DNA of 64,000 bases, taken from Squalus acanthias. Lineage: Eukaryota. Position 1 is the stretch's first letter; every line of letters starts with the position of its first letter. The translations under genes and the position numbers were made by a program. Shown here piece by piece: positions 13,240 to 25,066 of the stretch. Below the pieces are notes generated by a model, which saw only the letters and a list, made by a program, of their open reading frames with translations, did no database searches and had not been told where the DNA came from. Location of the stretch: assembly GCA_030390025.1 (NCBI GenBank), contig CM059431.1:110858001-110922000 (forward strand). The letters run 5' to 3'.

Positions 13240-13710
13240 GGGGTGGAAATTTGTCTGGGCCCAGAATTGGCCCTGCGCAGGCAGCGCACACTCCAACCAG
13301 GAGGCCAGCAACCAGCCCACAATTGGGTCCTCAGCCTCATTTCAATAAATTTGGCAAGCGGCCAGCACCTTGCTCCTCCTGGCTCCACATGAATTAAATA
13401 ATAAGTGTAAACCTACCTTTTTGGTGGCGGGTGCTCGCTCGGCTACAGCCACACCTGGAAAAACCTCATAGCAGCCCAATTTCCTTGAGGGGTCCTAAAA
13501 CAGCCGTTATTCTCCTGATTAGCATTTGCAAGGGACCTCATGCCTGTTTTAGACTGCTGCCCCGGATTCCTGAGAATCGTCTGACGTCAATATGGCATTG
13601 GACGTTTTTCAGGCATCCTTGGGGCACAAGGCAAAGCCCTATGAAATAGACCATTTTTGCCACTATTTTCTGTGTGGAAAATGGGCGTAACAAGGACCAA
13701 TTTCTACCAC
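13240..13710. mobile_element. Harbinger-type MITE, degenerate
   Basis: Ends GGGGTGGAAATT ... AATTTCTACCAC. Resembles 3144-3774 in the opposite orientation. Confidence 0.6.
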
Positions 13711-13820
13711 CCCAACCCTCCTCCCCACCTGTTCAAACTCGTGACATTCCATCAATGGGTATGATTTCCAACTTTTGGACTAGCCACTTTATGGTTTGAT
13801 GCAATGGAGTGCTTCATCTT

Positions 13821-14036
13821 AAAAGTGAGAAGTCACACAACACCAGGTTATAGTCCAACAGCTTTATTTGAAATCACAAGCTTTCAGAGCGCTGCTCCTT
13901 CGTCGTGACTTCACCTGACGAAGGAGCAGCGCTCCGAAAGCTTGTGATTTCAAATAAAGCTGTTGGACTATAACCTGGTGTTGTGCGACTTCTCACTTTT
14001 GTCCACCCCAGTCCAACACCGGCATCTCCGCATCAT
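13821..14036 (+). mobile_element. Penelope-like terminal repeat (pLTR) with inverted duplication
   Basis: Arms 13821-13904 and 13917-14000 are reverse complements (82/84) with a 12-nt spacer. Contains a hammerhead core and AATAAA. Confidence 0.8.
13911..13947 (+). ncRNA. Minimal type-I hammerhead ribozyme motif (Penelope-type)
   Basis: TCAC-CTGACGA-A-GGAGC(AGC)GCTCC-GAA-AGCT-T-GTGA. Stem I TCAC/GTGA, CUGANGA core, stem II, GAAA, palindromic AGCT stem III. Confidence 0.75.
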
Positions 14037-14139
14037 TTTAAAAGAGCAGTGTAATTGTGAAGTCTTCAGCCTAGAGCAGCCAATCCTGCTGTTTGAAGGT
14101 GGAATAAGGCAACAATGGGATTGGGGAGTGAAGAAAAGG

Positions 14140-14260
14140 AAAAATTTGCAGGACTATGGGGAAAGAGCAGGGGAGCGGGACTAATTGGACAGCTCTTTCA
14201 AAGAGCCAGCACAGGCACGATGGGTCAAATGGCCTCCTTCTGTGCTGTAAGATCCCATGG
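14140..14260 (+). mobile_element. CR1 3' UTR/tail fragment
   Basis: GGACTATGGGGAAAGAGCAGGG...TGGCCTCCTTCTGTGCTGTAA, as in the other CR1 ends. Confidence 0.7.
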
Positions 14261-14474
14261 ATAAAAATTTAGTTTTGGTGCAACATGTTTCAGAATATAA
14301 TTTATACTCGTATCTGCATGCTCTACCAAAGAAAGACATTGATAATCAAAACTGGTGATAGGTCTTCAGCTCATATGGTTTAACTCTACTGAATCACATC
14401 CTGCAAAGTCTCCTCTGTGCACTTCATGGAATAATCATCTGACAATATTCTGCTCCATTAAAGAAATGCAATTA

Positions 14475-14880
14475 CAGGAAACTCTTTATTAACCGGCACC
14501 GACGGGACCGGCGTGGTGCCGGATTATCGAAAGTGCCGGATAACGGAGAGTTATATCTACCGAGGCTATTTTTAACAAAGAAAAATAAATAAATCAAGAA
14601 ATGTGCAGTATACTTCCGACAGCGCCAGGAGGCCGAGTAGTGGCACTTTTGAAAACTACCCCTACTGACTAAATCGGCGTTCGCGGACTCGGACTCGGAC
14701 TCGGGATCAGCAACATTGCCGGTTATTTGAGAGGAGTTATCGGAGTACTCGGCGTTCGCGGAGACTCGACTGCGACTCGGCAACATTGCCGGTTATTTGA
14801 GAGGAGTTTTCGGAGGATGATTTTTGCCGGTTAAGCGAGAATTCCGGATATTTGGGTGCCGGATAAACAAAAGTTTCCTG
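14475..14880. mobile_element. Tc1/mariner-superfamily (pogo/Tigger-like) MITE
   Basis: TA-CAGGAAACTCTTTATTAACCGGCACC ... GGTGCCGGATAAACAAAAGTTTCCTG-TA: 26-bp imperfect TIRs with TA TSD. Internal tandem duplication of CAACATTGCCGGTTATTTGAGAGGAGTT. Confidence 0.85.
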
Positions 14881-15819
14881 TAATTCCAACATGATAATTA
14901 TCAATGAGTTATATCAAGATGTAATCCAATTAATAGTCGCGAATTGTTGTCAACCACAAGAGCAGAAGGGCAAATTATTTGAGCAAAACTGGAGAACACA
15001 GAAGAGCAGAGTCCTCTTTATCACTTTGGGTAATTCTAATTACCCAGAAATTAAATGGAAGGGCGGTAAGGATCTTTCAAAAAGAATTATGTTCCTTAGA
15101 GCTTGTGCAGGACCACTTCTTGATGCAGATCTGAGAGTTGTTTTTAAGCCAATGGAAGATAAATTCGAAGTAAACTGGGGAAGTGCTAAATGAAAATGGA
15201 ACGCTTTAAGGATTTTTTGGCGTGGTTAAAACTGAGGCATGTATACAAGCTATTCTGTTCCCCTGCAGCATGCAGTGAAATAAATCCTGATCTTGCTGTA
15301 ACTTAAACTGTGATATAATAGCACTTCAGTGAAGTGTTGTCAGGCAATTGCTGGCGAAATGAAGAACACCGTAATACCTGCCATTAGGAGACAGAATTGC
15401 CCAATACGGAATAAAGTTACGATCAAAAATTTCCCCTGTGTGTGTATTACATGGAACAACGCTGGCTGCAGTGCATCGCAAGGGCATCAACAGGTTTACT
15501 TGAGGTTTTACCTGGCCCAAGTGTACCTGGGCAAATTAAAATAAATAAAAGCAGAGGTAAGGGATATAGAGGTGATAATTTTGTCTACACCAGAAGATTG
15601 GAGGACAGATACGAGCATTTCAGTTTCTAACTCAGAGGCTGTTGGCAGCTCAAGGAATTCCATGCTCCTTGGCTGGCCTTTGTTTTTAAAGGTGCCAACT
15701 TGTATACTGTGCACTGAAAACCCCCTGTTATAGTAATAAAGCTACTCAAACATCTCAAGTAGTCTTATCGCTGTAATATCACAAAATATACACTTGAATG
15801 CAATTTTCAGGAAAGAGAA

Positions 15820-18800
15820 GGGGATGGGTGAGTGGGGGAGGGGTGAGTGGGAGAGGAGGAGTGGGGGAGGGGAGGGGTGAGAGGGGAGGGGTGAGTGGGG
15901 GAGGGGTGAGTGGGGGAGGGGAGGGGTGAGAGGGGGAGGGGTGAGAGGGGGAGGGGTGAGGAGGGGAGGGGTGAGGAGGGGAGGGGTGAGGAGGGGAGTG
16001 GTGAGTGGGGGAGGGGTGAGTGGTGGGGGAGGGGTGAGTGGGGGAGGAGGAGTGGGGGAGGGGAGGGGTGAGAGGGGAGGGGTGAGAGGGGGAGGGGTGA
16101 GGGGTGAGGAGGGGAGGGGTGAGGAGGGGAGTGGTGAGTGGGGGAGGGGTGAGTGGGGGAGGGGTGAGTGGGGGAGGAGGAGTGGGGGAGGGGAGGGGTG
16201 AGAGGGGAGGGGTGAGTGGGGGAGGGGTGAGTGGGGGAGGGGTGAGAGGGGGAGGGGTGAAGAGGGGAGGGGTGAGGAGGGGAGGGGTGAGGAGGGGAGT
16301 GGTGAGTGGGGGAGGGGTGAGTGGGGGAGGGGTGAGTGGGGGAGGGTGAGTGAGTGAGGGGAGGGGTGAGAGGGGTAGGGGTGAGTGGGGGAGGGGAGGG
16401 GTGAGAGGGGGAAGTGGAGGGGTGAGTGCGGGAGGAGTGAGAGGGGAGGGGAAGTGGGGAAAGGGTGAGTGGAGGGAGGGGGAAGGGGAGGGGTGAGTGG
16501 AGGAAGGGGGGAGTGGGGGAGGGGAGAGTGGGGGAGAGTGGGGGAGAGTGGGGGAGTGGGGGAAGGGAGGCGTGAAAGGGGGAGCGGTGAGTGGGGGAGG
16601 GGTGAGTGGGGGAGGGGAGGGATGAGGGGGAAGTGGAGGGGTGCGTGGGGGAGGAGTGAGAGGGGAGGGCTGGGTGGGGGAGGGTGAGTGGGGGTGGGGT
16701 GGGAGGGGGAGGGGTGAGTGGGAGGGGGAAGGGGAGGGGTGAGTGGGGGAAGGGGGAGGGGGAGTGGGGGGAGGGGAGAGTGGGGGAGGGGGAGTGGGGA
16801 AGGGGAGAGTGGGGGAGGGGGAGTGGGGAAGGGGAGAGTGGGGGAGGGGGAGTGGGGGAGGGGTGAGTGTAGGAGGGGGGGGTGAGGGGAAAGTGTGGGA
16901 GGGGGAGTGGGGTGAGTGTGGGAGGGGAGGGGGAGTGGTGAGTGGGGGAGGGGGTGTGGGGGAGGGGTGATTGGGGGAGGGGGGTGAGTGGGGGAGGGGG
17001 AGGAGTGAGTGGAGGAAGGGGGAGGGGGAGTGGGGGAGGGGGAGTGGGGGAGGGGGAGTGGGAGAGGGATGAGTGTGGGAGGGGGAGGGGGAGTGGTGAA
17101 TGGGGGAGGGAGAGTGGTGAGTGGGGGAGGGGGAGTGGGTGAGGGGGAGGGGTGAGTGGAGGATGGGGAGGGGGAGTGGGGGAGGGAAGAGTGGGGGAGT
17201 GGGGGAGGGGGAGTGGTGAGTGGGGGAGGGGGAGGGGTGAGTGGGGGAGGGGTGAGTGGGGGGGAAGGGTGAGTGGGGTGAGGGGTGAGGGGAGGGGTGA
17301 GTGGGGGAGGGGTGAGTGGAGGAGGGGTGAGTGGGGGAGGGGAGGGGTGAGTGGGGTGAGGGGTGAGTGAGGGGAGGGGTGAGTGGGGGAGGGGAGGGGT
17401 GAGTGGGAAGAAAGGCTGAGTGGAGTGAGGGGTGAGTGAGGGGAGGGGGGAGTGGGGGAGGGGAGGGGTGAGTGGGGGGGAAGTGTGACTGGGGTGAGGG
17501 GTGAGTGAGGGGAGGGGTGAGTGGGGGATGGGTTAGTGGGGGTGAGGGGTGAGTGGGGGAGGGGTGAGTGGAGGAGGGGGAGGGGTGAGTGAGGGGGAGA
17601 GTGGGGGAGGGGGGAATCGGTGAGGGGGGAGAGTGGGGGAGGGGGGAATGGGTGAGTGAGGGGAGGGGTGAGTGGGGGAGGGGTGAGTGAGGGGAGGGGA
17701 GGGGAGAGTGGGGGTGGGGGGAATGGGTGGGGAGGAGGAGGGGTGAGTGAGGGGAGGGTGAGTGGGGGAGGGGAGGGGTGAGTGGGGGAGGGGTTAGTGG
17801 GGGAGGGGGAGTGGGGGAGGGCAAAGTGGGGGGAGGGGGGAGTGGGGGAGGGGTGAGTGGAGGAGGGGGAGGGGTGAGTGAGGGGAGGGGTGAGTGAGGT
17901 GAGGGGTGAGTGGGGGAGGGGGGAATGGGTGAGTGGGGGGAGGGGTGAGTGAGGGGAGGGGTGAGTGGGGGAGGGGTGAGTGAGGAAGGGGTGAGTGGAG
18001 GAGGGGGAGGGGTGAGCGAGGGGAGGGGAGGGGTGAGTGGGGGAGGGGTGAGTGAGGGGAGGGGTGAGTGGAGGGGGGAGTGAGGGGAGGGGAGGGGTGA
18101 GTGGGGGAGGGGGGAATGGGTGGGGAGGGTATTGGGTGAGTGAGGGGAGGGTGAGTGGGGGGGAAGGGTGAGTGGGGGGAGGGGTGAGTGGGGAGGGGTG
18201 AGTGGGGGAGGGTGAGTGCGGGGAGGGGAGGGGTGAGTGGGGGAGGGGGGAATGGGTGGGGAGGGGTGAGTGAGGGGAGGGGGAGTGGGGGAGGGGGGAG
18301 TGGGTGGGGAGGGAGAGGGGTGAGTGGGGGGAGGGGGAGGTGGGGGAGGGGGAGGGGTGAGTGGGGGGAGGGGGGAATGGATGGGGAGGGGTGAGTGAGG
18401 GGAGGGGGACATGGGGGAGGGGGGGAATGGGTGGGGAGGGAGAGGGGAGAGTGGGGGGAGGGGGGAGTGGGGGAGGGGGAGGGGTGAGTGAGGGGAGGGG
18501 ATGTGGGGGAGGGGGGAATGGGTGGGGAGGGGGAGGGGTGAGTGAGGGGAGGGTGAGTGAGTGGGGGGAGGGGGGAGGGGAGGGGGGAGTGGGGGAGGGG
18601 GGAATGGGTGGGGAGGGGGAGGGGTGAGTGAGGGGAGGGTGAGTGAGTGGGGGGAGGGGGGAGGGGAGGGCTGAGTGGGGGAGGGGGGAATGGGTGGGGA
18701 GGGGTGAGTGGGGGAGGGGGAGTGGGGGAGGGGGAATGGGTGGGGAGTGGGAGGGGTGAGTGAGGGGAGGGTGAGGGGGGAGGGCTGAGTGAGGAGAGGG

Positions 18801-18873
18801 CTGAGTGGGAGAGGGGGAGGGCTGAGTGAGGAGAGGGCTGAGTGGGGGAGGGGGAGGGTTGAGTGGGGAGAGG
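15820..18873 (+). repeat. G-rich degenerate minisatellite, ~3 kb, unit ~GGGGAGGGGTGAGTG
   Basis: Directly visible; the + strand has almost no C. Confidence 0.97.
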
Positions 18874-19499
18874 AGTAAATGACAAAACATATAAGCGCAT
18901 TTGAGAACCCGAGAGAAACAGCCGGTGAGAATTAGCATACAATGAAAGATCGTCACCATGTGTATTTTACCATGGGCTTCCTCCTGGATTGGGACCCTGT
19001 AATTCTGAGAACTTGCTGCAGAGCTGCTGAGTCGAGAGTAGTTTCTATTATATATACAACTATTTTGGAGAATCAAAAAAAAAGGTTTACACAAGATGTT
19101 CCTTCATAAAGTTGACCATAAACTCTTCCACTGTCACAACATTGTAGAGGGGGGCACGAATTCCACCAACAGACCTGTGGCCTTTTGATGACATCATGCT
19201 ATATTTAGCTGCTTTGTCAAGAAACTCATTTACCTGCCTGTTCTTTCACTCTTCCCAAACCAAACGTCAGGTTGAGATCTTGGTGTTTTCTTTGTTGATA
19301 ATGAAAATTGAACTGAAAACCTCGGTGTCTCCAAATTGTAAAATGCTGATTTAAGTGCAATGCAACCAGACTTTTATTTTAAAAACTTGGCTTTTGGTCC
19401 AAAGCCAGATAGGTAGCGATCTCGGTCTCTAGCTCTCTGGGTCTAGCCATTTGGGAAAGACACAACCTTCTCTCAGCTTTGAGCAAGACTCGAAGGTTT

Positions 19500-19742
19500 C
19501 ACACTTTCATGTTCGGTCTGAGTAAGCAGCCAGGAAAGGAGATGGAATTGGCTTCTGAGGTGTAACGTTTCTGGCAGGAGCCAAGCTAGGATTGCTTCAG
19601 TCTTGCCAATTTTGATCTGCAGAAGGTTCTGGTTCATCCAGAAGTAGACGACCAGCTGGACAGCATAGAAATAGTTGTGGAATCAAGCGTAACAGCAGTC
19701 ATTGGCAGACACGCTAACTCCATGTTTGCAGATGATGTTGCT
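19500..19742 (-). mobile_element. Ancient L2 RT-region fragment
   Basis: Minus strand reads NIICKHGVS...FWMNQNLLQIKIGKTEAIL, compared with DIIQNHSVS...FWMSKNFLQLNIGKTEAIV at 29151-29750. Confidence 0.7.
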
Positions 19743-21302
19743 GAAGAGTAACAAAAAGATAAGAATAGGAGGGTTCAAGGATGCCAGTGATCTGTTTAAA
19801 GGTCCATAGAAAGAAGGATAGGCTTAAGCTGTGGTGGTAGTTTTAGAGGACAGGGGGTTGTACAATTTTTTTTAAGGATATGCTGATGACACAATTTTGA
19901 AGGGGATGGAAAGGCAAAATTGACTATGCTAGCAAACATTGGGCAAAGAGGCAGTAGTTGGATAGTAAGCAGCTGCGTTGGGCAAGTGACATGTCAAATT
20001 AAATTGATCGTGCATGACTCCTAATGTGTGCCTCCTCAAAACTTACCCCTTTGATCACACCTTTGCTCATCTCCGGTCACACCTCATGCTATGTGCACAC
20101 ATGTGTAGCCCATTCCTTTTCACTTTAAACACGTTGAGAACATACGTAAATATATGGTTGTCACATGAAGGCATGTGATTAAAGGCGATTTTTACATTTA
20201 CAGTACAACCAATAGCAAATGTGCAGGTCTCCCACCATCAGCTGCCCCAGGAAATATAAAAGAGCTGACCTTCATTGTTCCGCCAGCAGCAGAGATACAT
20301 GTTCTGGTCCGTCTTACAAGTTGCTTTCAGGTCTACGTTTCAAAGTAAAATCACGGAGACCGATTCTTTTGCTTGTAACAGTGGGGAACCCTGGATCTCT
20401 GACTTATGGAGTGGCAGCACTAAGTAAAACAAATAGGGGAAAGCAGTGCACACAGGGTTACAGTTCTCCATTTGAGTGTTGGTCCCTCGGACCCCTTAGC
20501 AAATATAAGAGCACCTTAAGGCACTATAGTTAAGGACTACATTGAACCCTGATGAGACAGGACGGAAATCTGTATTGTCAAGGCATGTTGGATCTCCAAT
20601 CAGTTGTTCCTACTGATTGAATGGCCTGAATTCTTTACGTTTGCTTTTCCCTTTATCCATTGTACTTTTCTGTTGTATCAAAGACTCTGCCCTAATTTGG
20701 TAAGGGGGAAGACTATGTTGAGCACAAATGTGAAGACTACCCTGGCCAAGTGCCCCTTCCCATTACACTAACTTTCTACAGTTGGCAACGATGTTGAAAG
20801 TTCCGATACCAGGTGCTGGGGAACTAGAAATTCCGTAAACATCTGGGGTGAAAGCGGGATGTTTCTGGTGTAGGAGCGTGGGATTTGGGACATAAGTCAG
20901 ATACATTCGATTTGAGCCCCTTCTAATATAAATGCTAAATTCCAGCAGAAGAGGGGAGGAGGAAAAGATACGTCTGGCCCTAAACAGGTGGATGAATACA
21001 AATAACAGCACAATGAGGGCTAAACGTGATGTGCCAGACATTCGATCATTTCAACCAGAATTGAACCTGACTGTTAAAGACTGTCGAAGGGAAGATTAAA
21101 TTACCTGCATGATTTGACAGACCCAGAAGTGATCGAATTTACAGATTTTGACTGTCCACAAACTTTGTCTGAAGTATCAGCTTTGACTGATCCGATTAAA
21201 AAAAAAAACTTTTCTTTCAGCTGTGCTGCTGAGAAAGATGTTCTACAAACTGCCCTTCAGCAGTTTGAGGCTTCTTTCCTGGAGCTCTTGAAGTGGAGTT
21301 GT

Positions 21303-22103
21303 TTTTTAATTCGCTTATGGGATCTGGGCATCGCTGGCAAGGCCAGCATTTATTGTCCATCCCTAGTTGCCCTTGAGAAGGTGGTGGTGAGCCGCCTTCT
21401 TGAACCACTGCAGTCCGTGTGGTGAAGGTACTCCCACAGTGCTGTTAGGAAGGGAGTTCCAGGAGAGCTCACCATGGCCATTCCTATATATGCCTTTATG
21501 ATGGAGGCAGAACAGAAGAAGCATTAGGAAGAGGAAATGAGAGAGGCACATAGGATAGAATCGTACAATAATACAACAAAGAAAGAGGCCATTTGGCCCA
21601 TCGTGCCTGTGCCAGCTCTTTGAAAGAGCTCTCCAATTAGTCTCACTCGCCTGCTTTTTCCCCATAGCCCTGCACATTTCTCCTTTACAAGTTTATATCC
21701 AATTCCCTTCTAAAGTTTCTTTTAAATCTGCTTCCATCACCCTTTCAGGAAGTGTATCACAGATCAGAACAACTCGCTGCGTTAAAAAAAATTCTCCTCA
21801 TTTCCCCTCTGGTGCTTTTGCCAATTATCATAACTCTGTGTCCTTTGGTTACTGACCCTCCTGCCAGTGGAAACAGCTGCTCATTATTTACTCTATCAAA
21901 AACCTTCTGAACACCTCTATTAAATCTTCCCTAAACCTTCTCTCCTCTAAAGAGAAAAATCCCAGCTCCTCTAGTCTCTCCACGTAACTGAAGACCCTCA
22001 TCTCTTATATCATTCTAGTAGATCTCCCCTGCACCCTCTCCAAGGTCCTTCCTAAAGTGTGGCATACAGAATTGGGCACAATACTCCAGCTGAGGCCTAA
22101 CCA
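21303..22103 (-). mobile_element. Two CR1 3' fragments (~21303-21463 and ~21550-22103)
   Basis: The first matches the 3' end of the LINE at 38445-38600; the second matches 9917-10375. Confidence 0.82.
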
Positions 22104-22226
22104 AGGTTAAGGTTAAGGCTATACCCAAAAGAGATGACCTATTAGGAAGTACCCTTCCACCAGAGTCTACAGATCATGCTGTTCCCTCGAGGATGTTTCA
22201 AAAGTGATCTGCTTGAGCAGACAATT

Positions 22227-22601
22227 GGGCTGGATTTTGTCTTGGGGTCGGGTTGGGGTCAGGTTGGGGTCATGTCATCCGTATTTCGTGTTTCCCCCCC
22301 CGACTCCAGATTAATGTGGATGAATGATGCAATTTTCACTTAATTGGGCAATTGAGTTCCAGCATGTGGGAACCCATGAACCAATTAGAGGTTTCAGTCT
22401 GAAAGTCGCCTCTGATGATGTCATCATTGCTGCTGCATTGCAGGTCAGAGACTGACTGGCTGGTCTCAGAGACTGTCTGGCTGTTGGTGAGAGAGGACCT
22501 GCCTGGCTTGTGCTGTGAGTGGATCTGGATGCAAAACCCCGCAACTTTAACCCCCCACACGCCTCCAAACCCGACTCCATGGGTCATTCTAAATCCAGCC
22601 C
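22227..22601. mobile_element. Harbinger-type MITE
   Basis: Perfect 11-bp TIR GGGCTGGATTT / AAATCCAGCCC; flanks ATT/AAT. Confidence 0.7.
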
Positions 22602-22920
22602 AATGGTTCAGTAAGGAGGCACAGAAAGAATTTCAACTCCTGTTACAAACTGAACTCCAAACATCCTCTCAAACACACAAACCAAACAAAAAAACAGACA
22701 TTTTTGTAAAATCTGTTTTTTGCCTCCCCCAGGAGATTACATGGCTGCTGGTGGGTGGGGAGTAATGGGGAACGTGTTGCTTAGCTGCAACATGGCTGAA
22801 TGGGATAGACTCGATAGACAGCTGGCCTTATTCTCTCCATCATTTCGGATCTTCCTATGTATACTTCGGAACATTGGACGTCATATCACAACGTGTGCAC
22901 ATATATTTATGTCAAGTCCC

Positions 22921-24535
22921 CAGGCCCAATAGTCCCCATCCACCACCACCCTCCTCCGCCTGGCTGAACAACTTTTCCTTTGACTCCACTCACTTCCTCT
23001 AAATTAAAGGTGTTGCTATGGGAACCCGCATGGGTCCTAGCTATGCCTGCCTTTTCGTGGGATATGTGGAACATTCTTTGTTCTAGTCCTACTCGGGTTC
23101 CCTCCCTCAATTCTTTTTCCGGTACATTGATGACTGTATTGGTGCCATTTCCTGCTCTCACCCTGAACTAGAGAATTTCATTCACTTTGCTTCCAATTTC
23201 CACCCTTCCTTCACCTTCACATGGTCCATCTCTGACTCTTCCCTTCCCTTCCTCGACTTCTCTGTCTCCATCTCTGGGGATAGGCTATTGACAAACATCC
23301 ACTATAAGCCCACTGACTCCCACAGCTACCTGGACTACACTTCCTCCCACCCCGCTTCCTGTAAGGACTCTATTCCATTCTCCCAGTTTCTCCATCTCCG
23401 TCGCATCTGCTCTGACGATATCACCTTCCATACTAGTGCTTCTGAAAGGTCTTCCTTTTTCCTCAACCGAGGATTCCCCTCTACCATGGTTGACATGGTC
23501 CTCGACCGTGTCTGTTCTATTTCCTGCACTTCTGCTCTCACCCCTTCCCCTCCCTCCCAGAACCACGATAGGGTTCCCCTTGTCCTTACCTTTCACCCCG
23601 CCAGCCTCCACATTCAACGGATCATCCTCTGCCATTTCCGCCACTCCAGCCTGATCCCACCACCAAACACATCTTCCCCTCCCCTCCCCTTTCAGCATTC
23701 CGAAGGGACTGCTCCCACCGCGGCACCCTGGTCCACTCTTCAATCACCCCCAACACCCCCTCCCCTTCCCACGGCATATTCCCGTGCAAACGCAGGAAAT
23801 GCAACACCTGCCCTTTTACCTCCTCCCTTCCCACTGTCCAGGGCCCCAAACACTCCTTCCAGGTGAAACAGCGATTTACTTGTACTTCTTGCAATTTAGT
23901 ATACTGTATTCGCTGCTCACGATGCGGTCTCCTCTACATTGGGGAGACCAAATGCAGATTGGGTGATCGCTTTGCGGAACACATGCGTTCAGTCCGTAAA
24001 CTTGACCCCGAGCTTCCGGTCGCCTGTCACTTTAATTCTCCACTCCACTCCCACTCTGACCTCTCCGTCCTCGGCCTCTTACATTGTTCCAATGAAGCTT
24101 AACGTAAGCTCGAGGAACAGCACCTCATCTTTCGATTAGGCACTTTACAGCCTTCTGGACTCAACATCGAGTTCAACAATTTCAGACCATAACCTCTGCC
24201 CCTATTTTTTCACATGGCAGCTGTTGATGATTCTGCCATTCCCATTTACACCTCTTCTAGACACATCTTTCATTTCTTTACTTGTCCCATTACCATCTCC
24301 TTTTGCCTTGCACCATCATCCCTTTTGTCATTTAATCACTCCTGCCTTTCACCCTATCACAGACCTTCCCTTTTGTTCTTTCCTCCCATACCCCGCACTT
24401 GCTTAAAATCTATTACTTCTCTAACTTTTTCCAGTTCTGACGGAAGGTCATCGACCTGAAATGTTAACTCTGTTTCTCTCTGCACAGATGCTGCCTGACC
24501 TGCTGAGCATTTCCAGCATTTTCTGTTTTTATTTA
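22921..24535 (+). mobile_element. Penelope-like retroelement, 5'-truncated: RT C-half, GIY-YIG endonuclease and 3' pLTR (disrupted)
   Basis: IKGVAMGTRMGPSYACLFVG, FRYIDD, LPFLD, YKPTDSHSYLDYTSSHP; GIY-YIG-type NLVYCIRCSRCGLLYIGETKCRLGDRFAEH. Stops and frameshifts present. Confidence 0.93.
24433..24469 (+). ncRNA. Degenerate hammerhead ribozyme motif in the Penelope 3' pLTR
   Basis: AGTT-CTGACGG-A-AGGTC(ATC)GACCT-GAA-ATGT-T-AACT. Stems I and II intact; core A9 reads G and stem III reads ATGT instead of the palindromic ACGT. Confidence 0.62.
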
Positions 24536-25066
24536 TAGAAAGTGATTCTTTCCCCTCCCCATGGTGCCTCTGTGCTGTTCTTAAACCTATTCTGATGCTC
24601 TGCCGAAGTGATACCTTAGGGCAAGGGATTCCTTGGCACTTTCCTGCACTTTGTGATATCATGAGCCTCTTGGCACTGTGATGGCTCTTGTCTCAGGGCT
24701 TCTAAGATTTCAAAGGGATAAATGTATCACTGAATGTTACAGAGTAGTGTATTACAGTTATGTCATTTTTTGAAACAGGCGAATGGAAATCTGGGTTTCT
24801 ATAAGAACTATATTTGCCTGATTTTTTTTCTCTTTAAATGAATCTGATGTGAAGCAGTACCCTTTAATCAATGTCATCAACTCCACCCTACTCAGTTGTC
24901 ATTAGGGTTGTGCTTCTGTTTTGTATTTTTGAACATAGCTGGGTTGGTTGCACTTCAAATTTCTTCTTCACAGTTGTGCTCACAAGAACTTCATATTTGA
25001 GGAACAAAAATAACTAAATTAAAGCTGTGCCATTTGCAAATGTTCAAATATTGCCGCTGACATATT

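Noticed and set aside
15779..19094. 1095-aa, 877-aa and 382-aa Pro/Ser/His-rich ORFs (extensin-like)
   Set aside because: All three minus frames are open because the C-rich repeat strand lacks stop codons; low-complexity artefact.
20548..20620. CTGATGA...GAAA (hammerhead) or C/D-box snoRNA
   Set aside because: No stem II or stem I pairing and no terminal stem.
20775..21300. Protein-like plus-strand stretch after a TTTCTACAG acceptor
   Set aside because: Stops in every frame and no recognisable family; the 103-aa ORF runs into a CR1 fragment.
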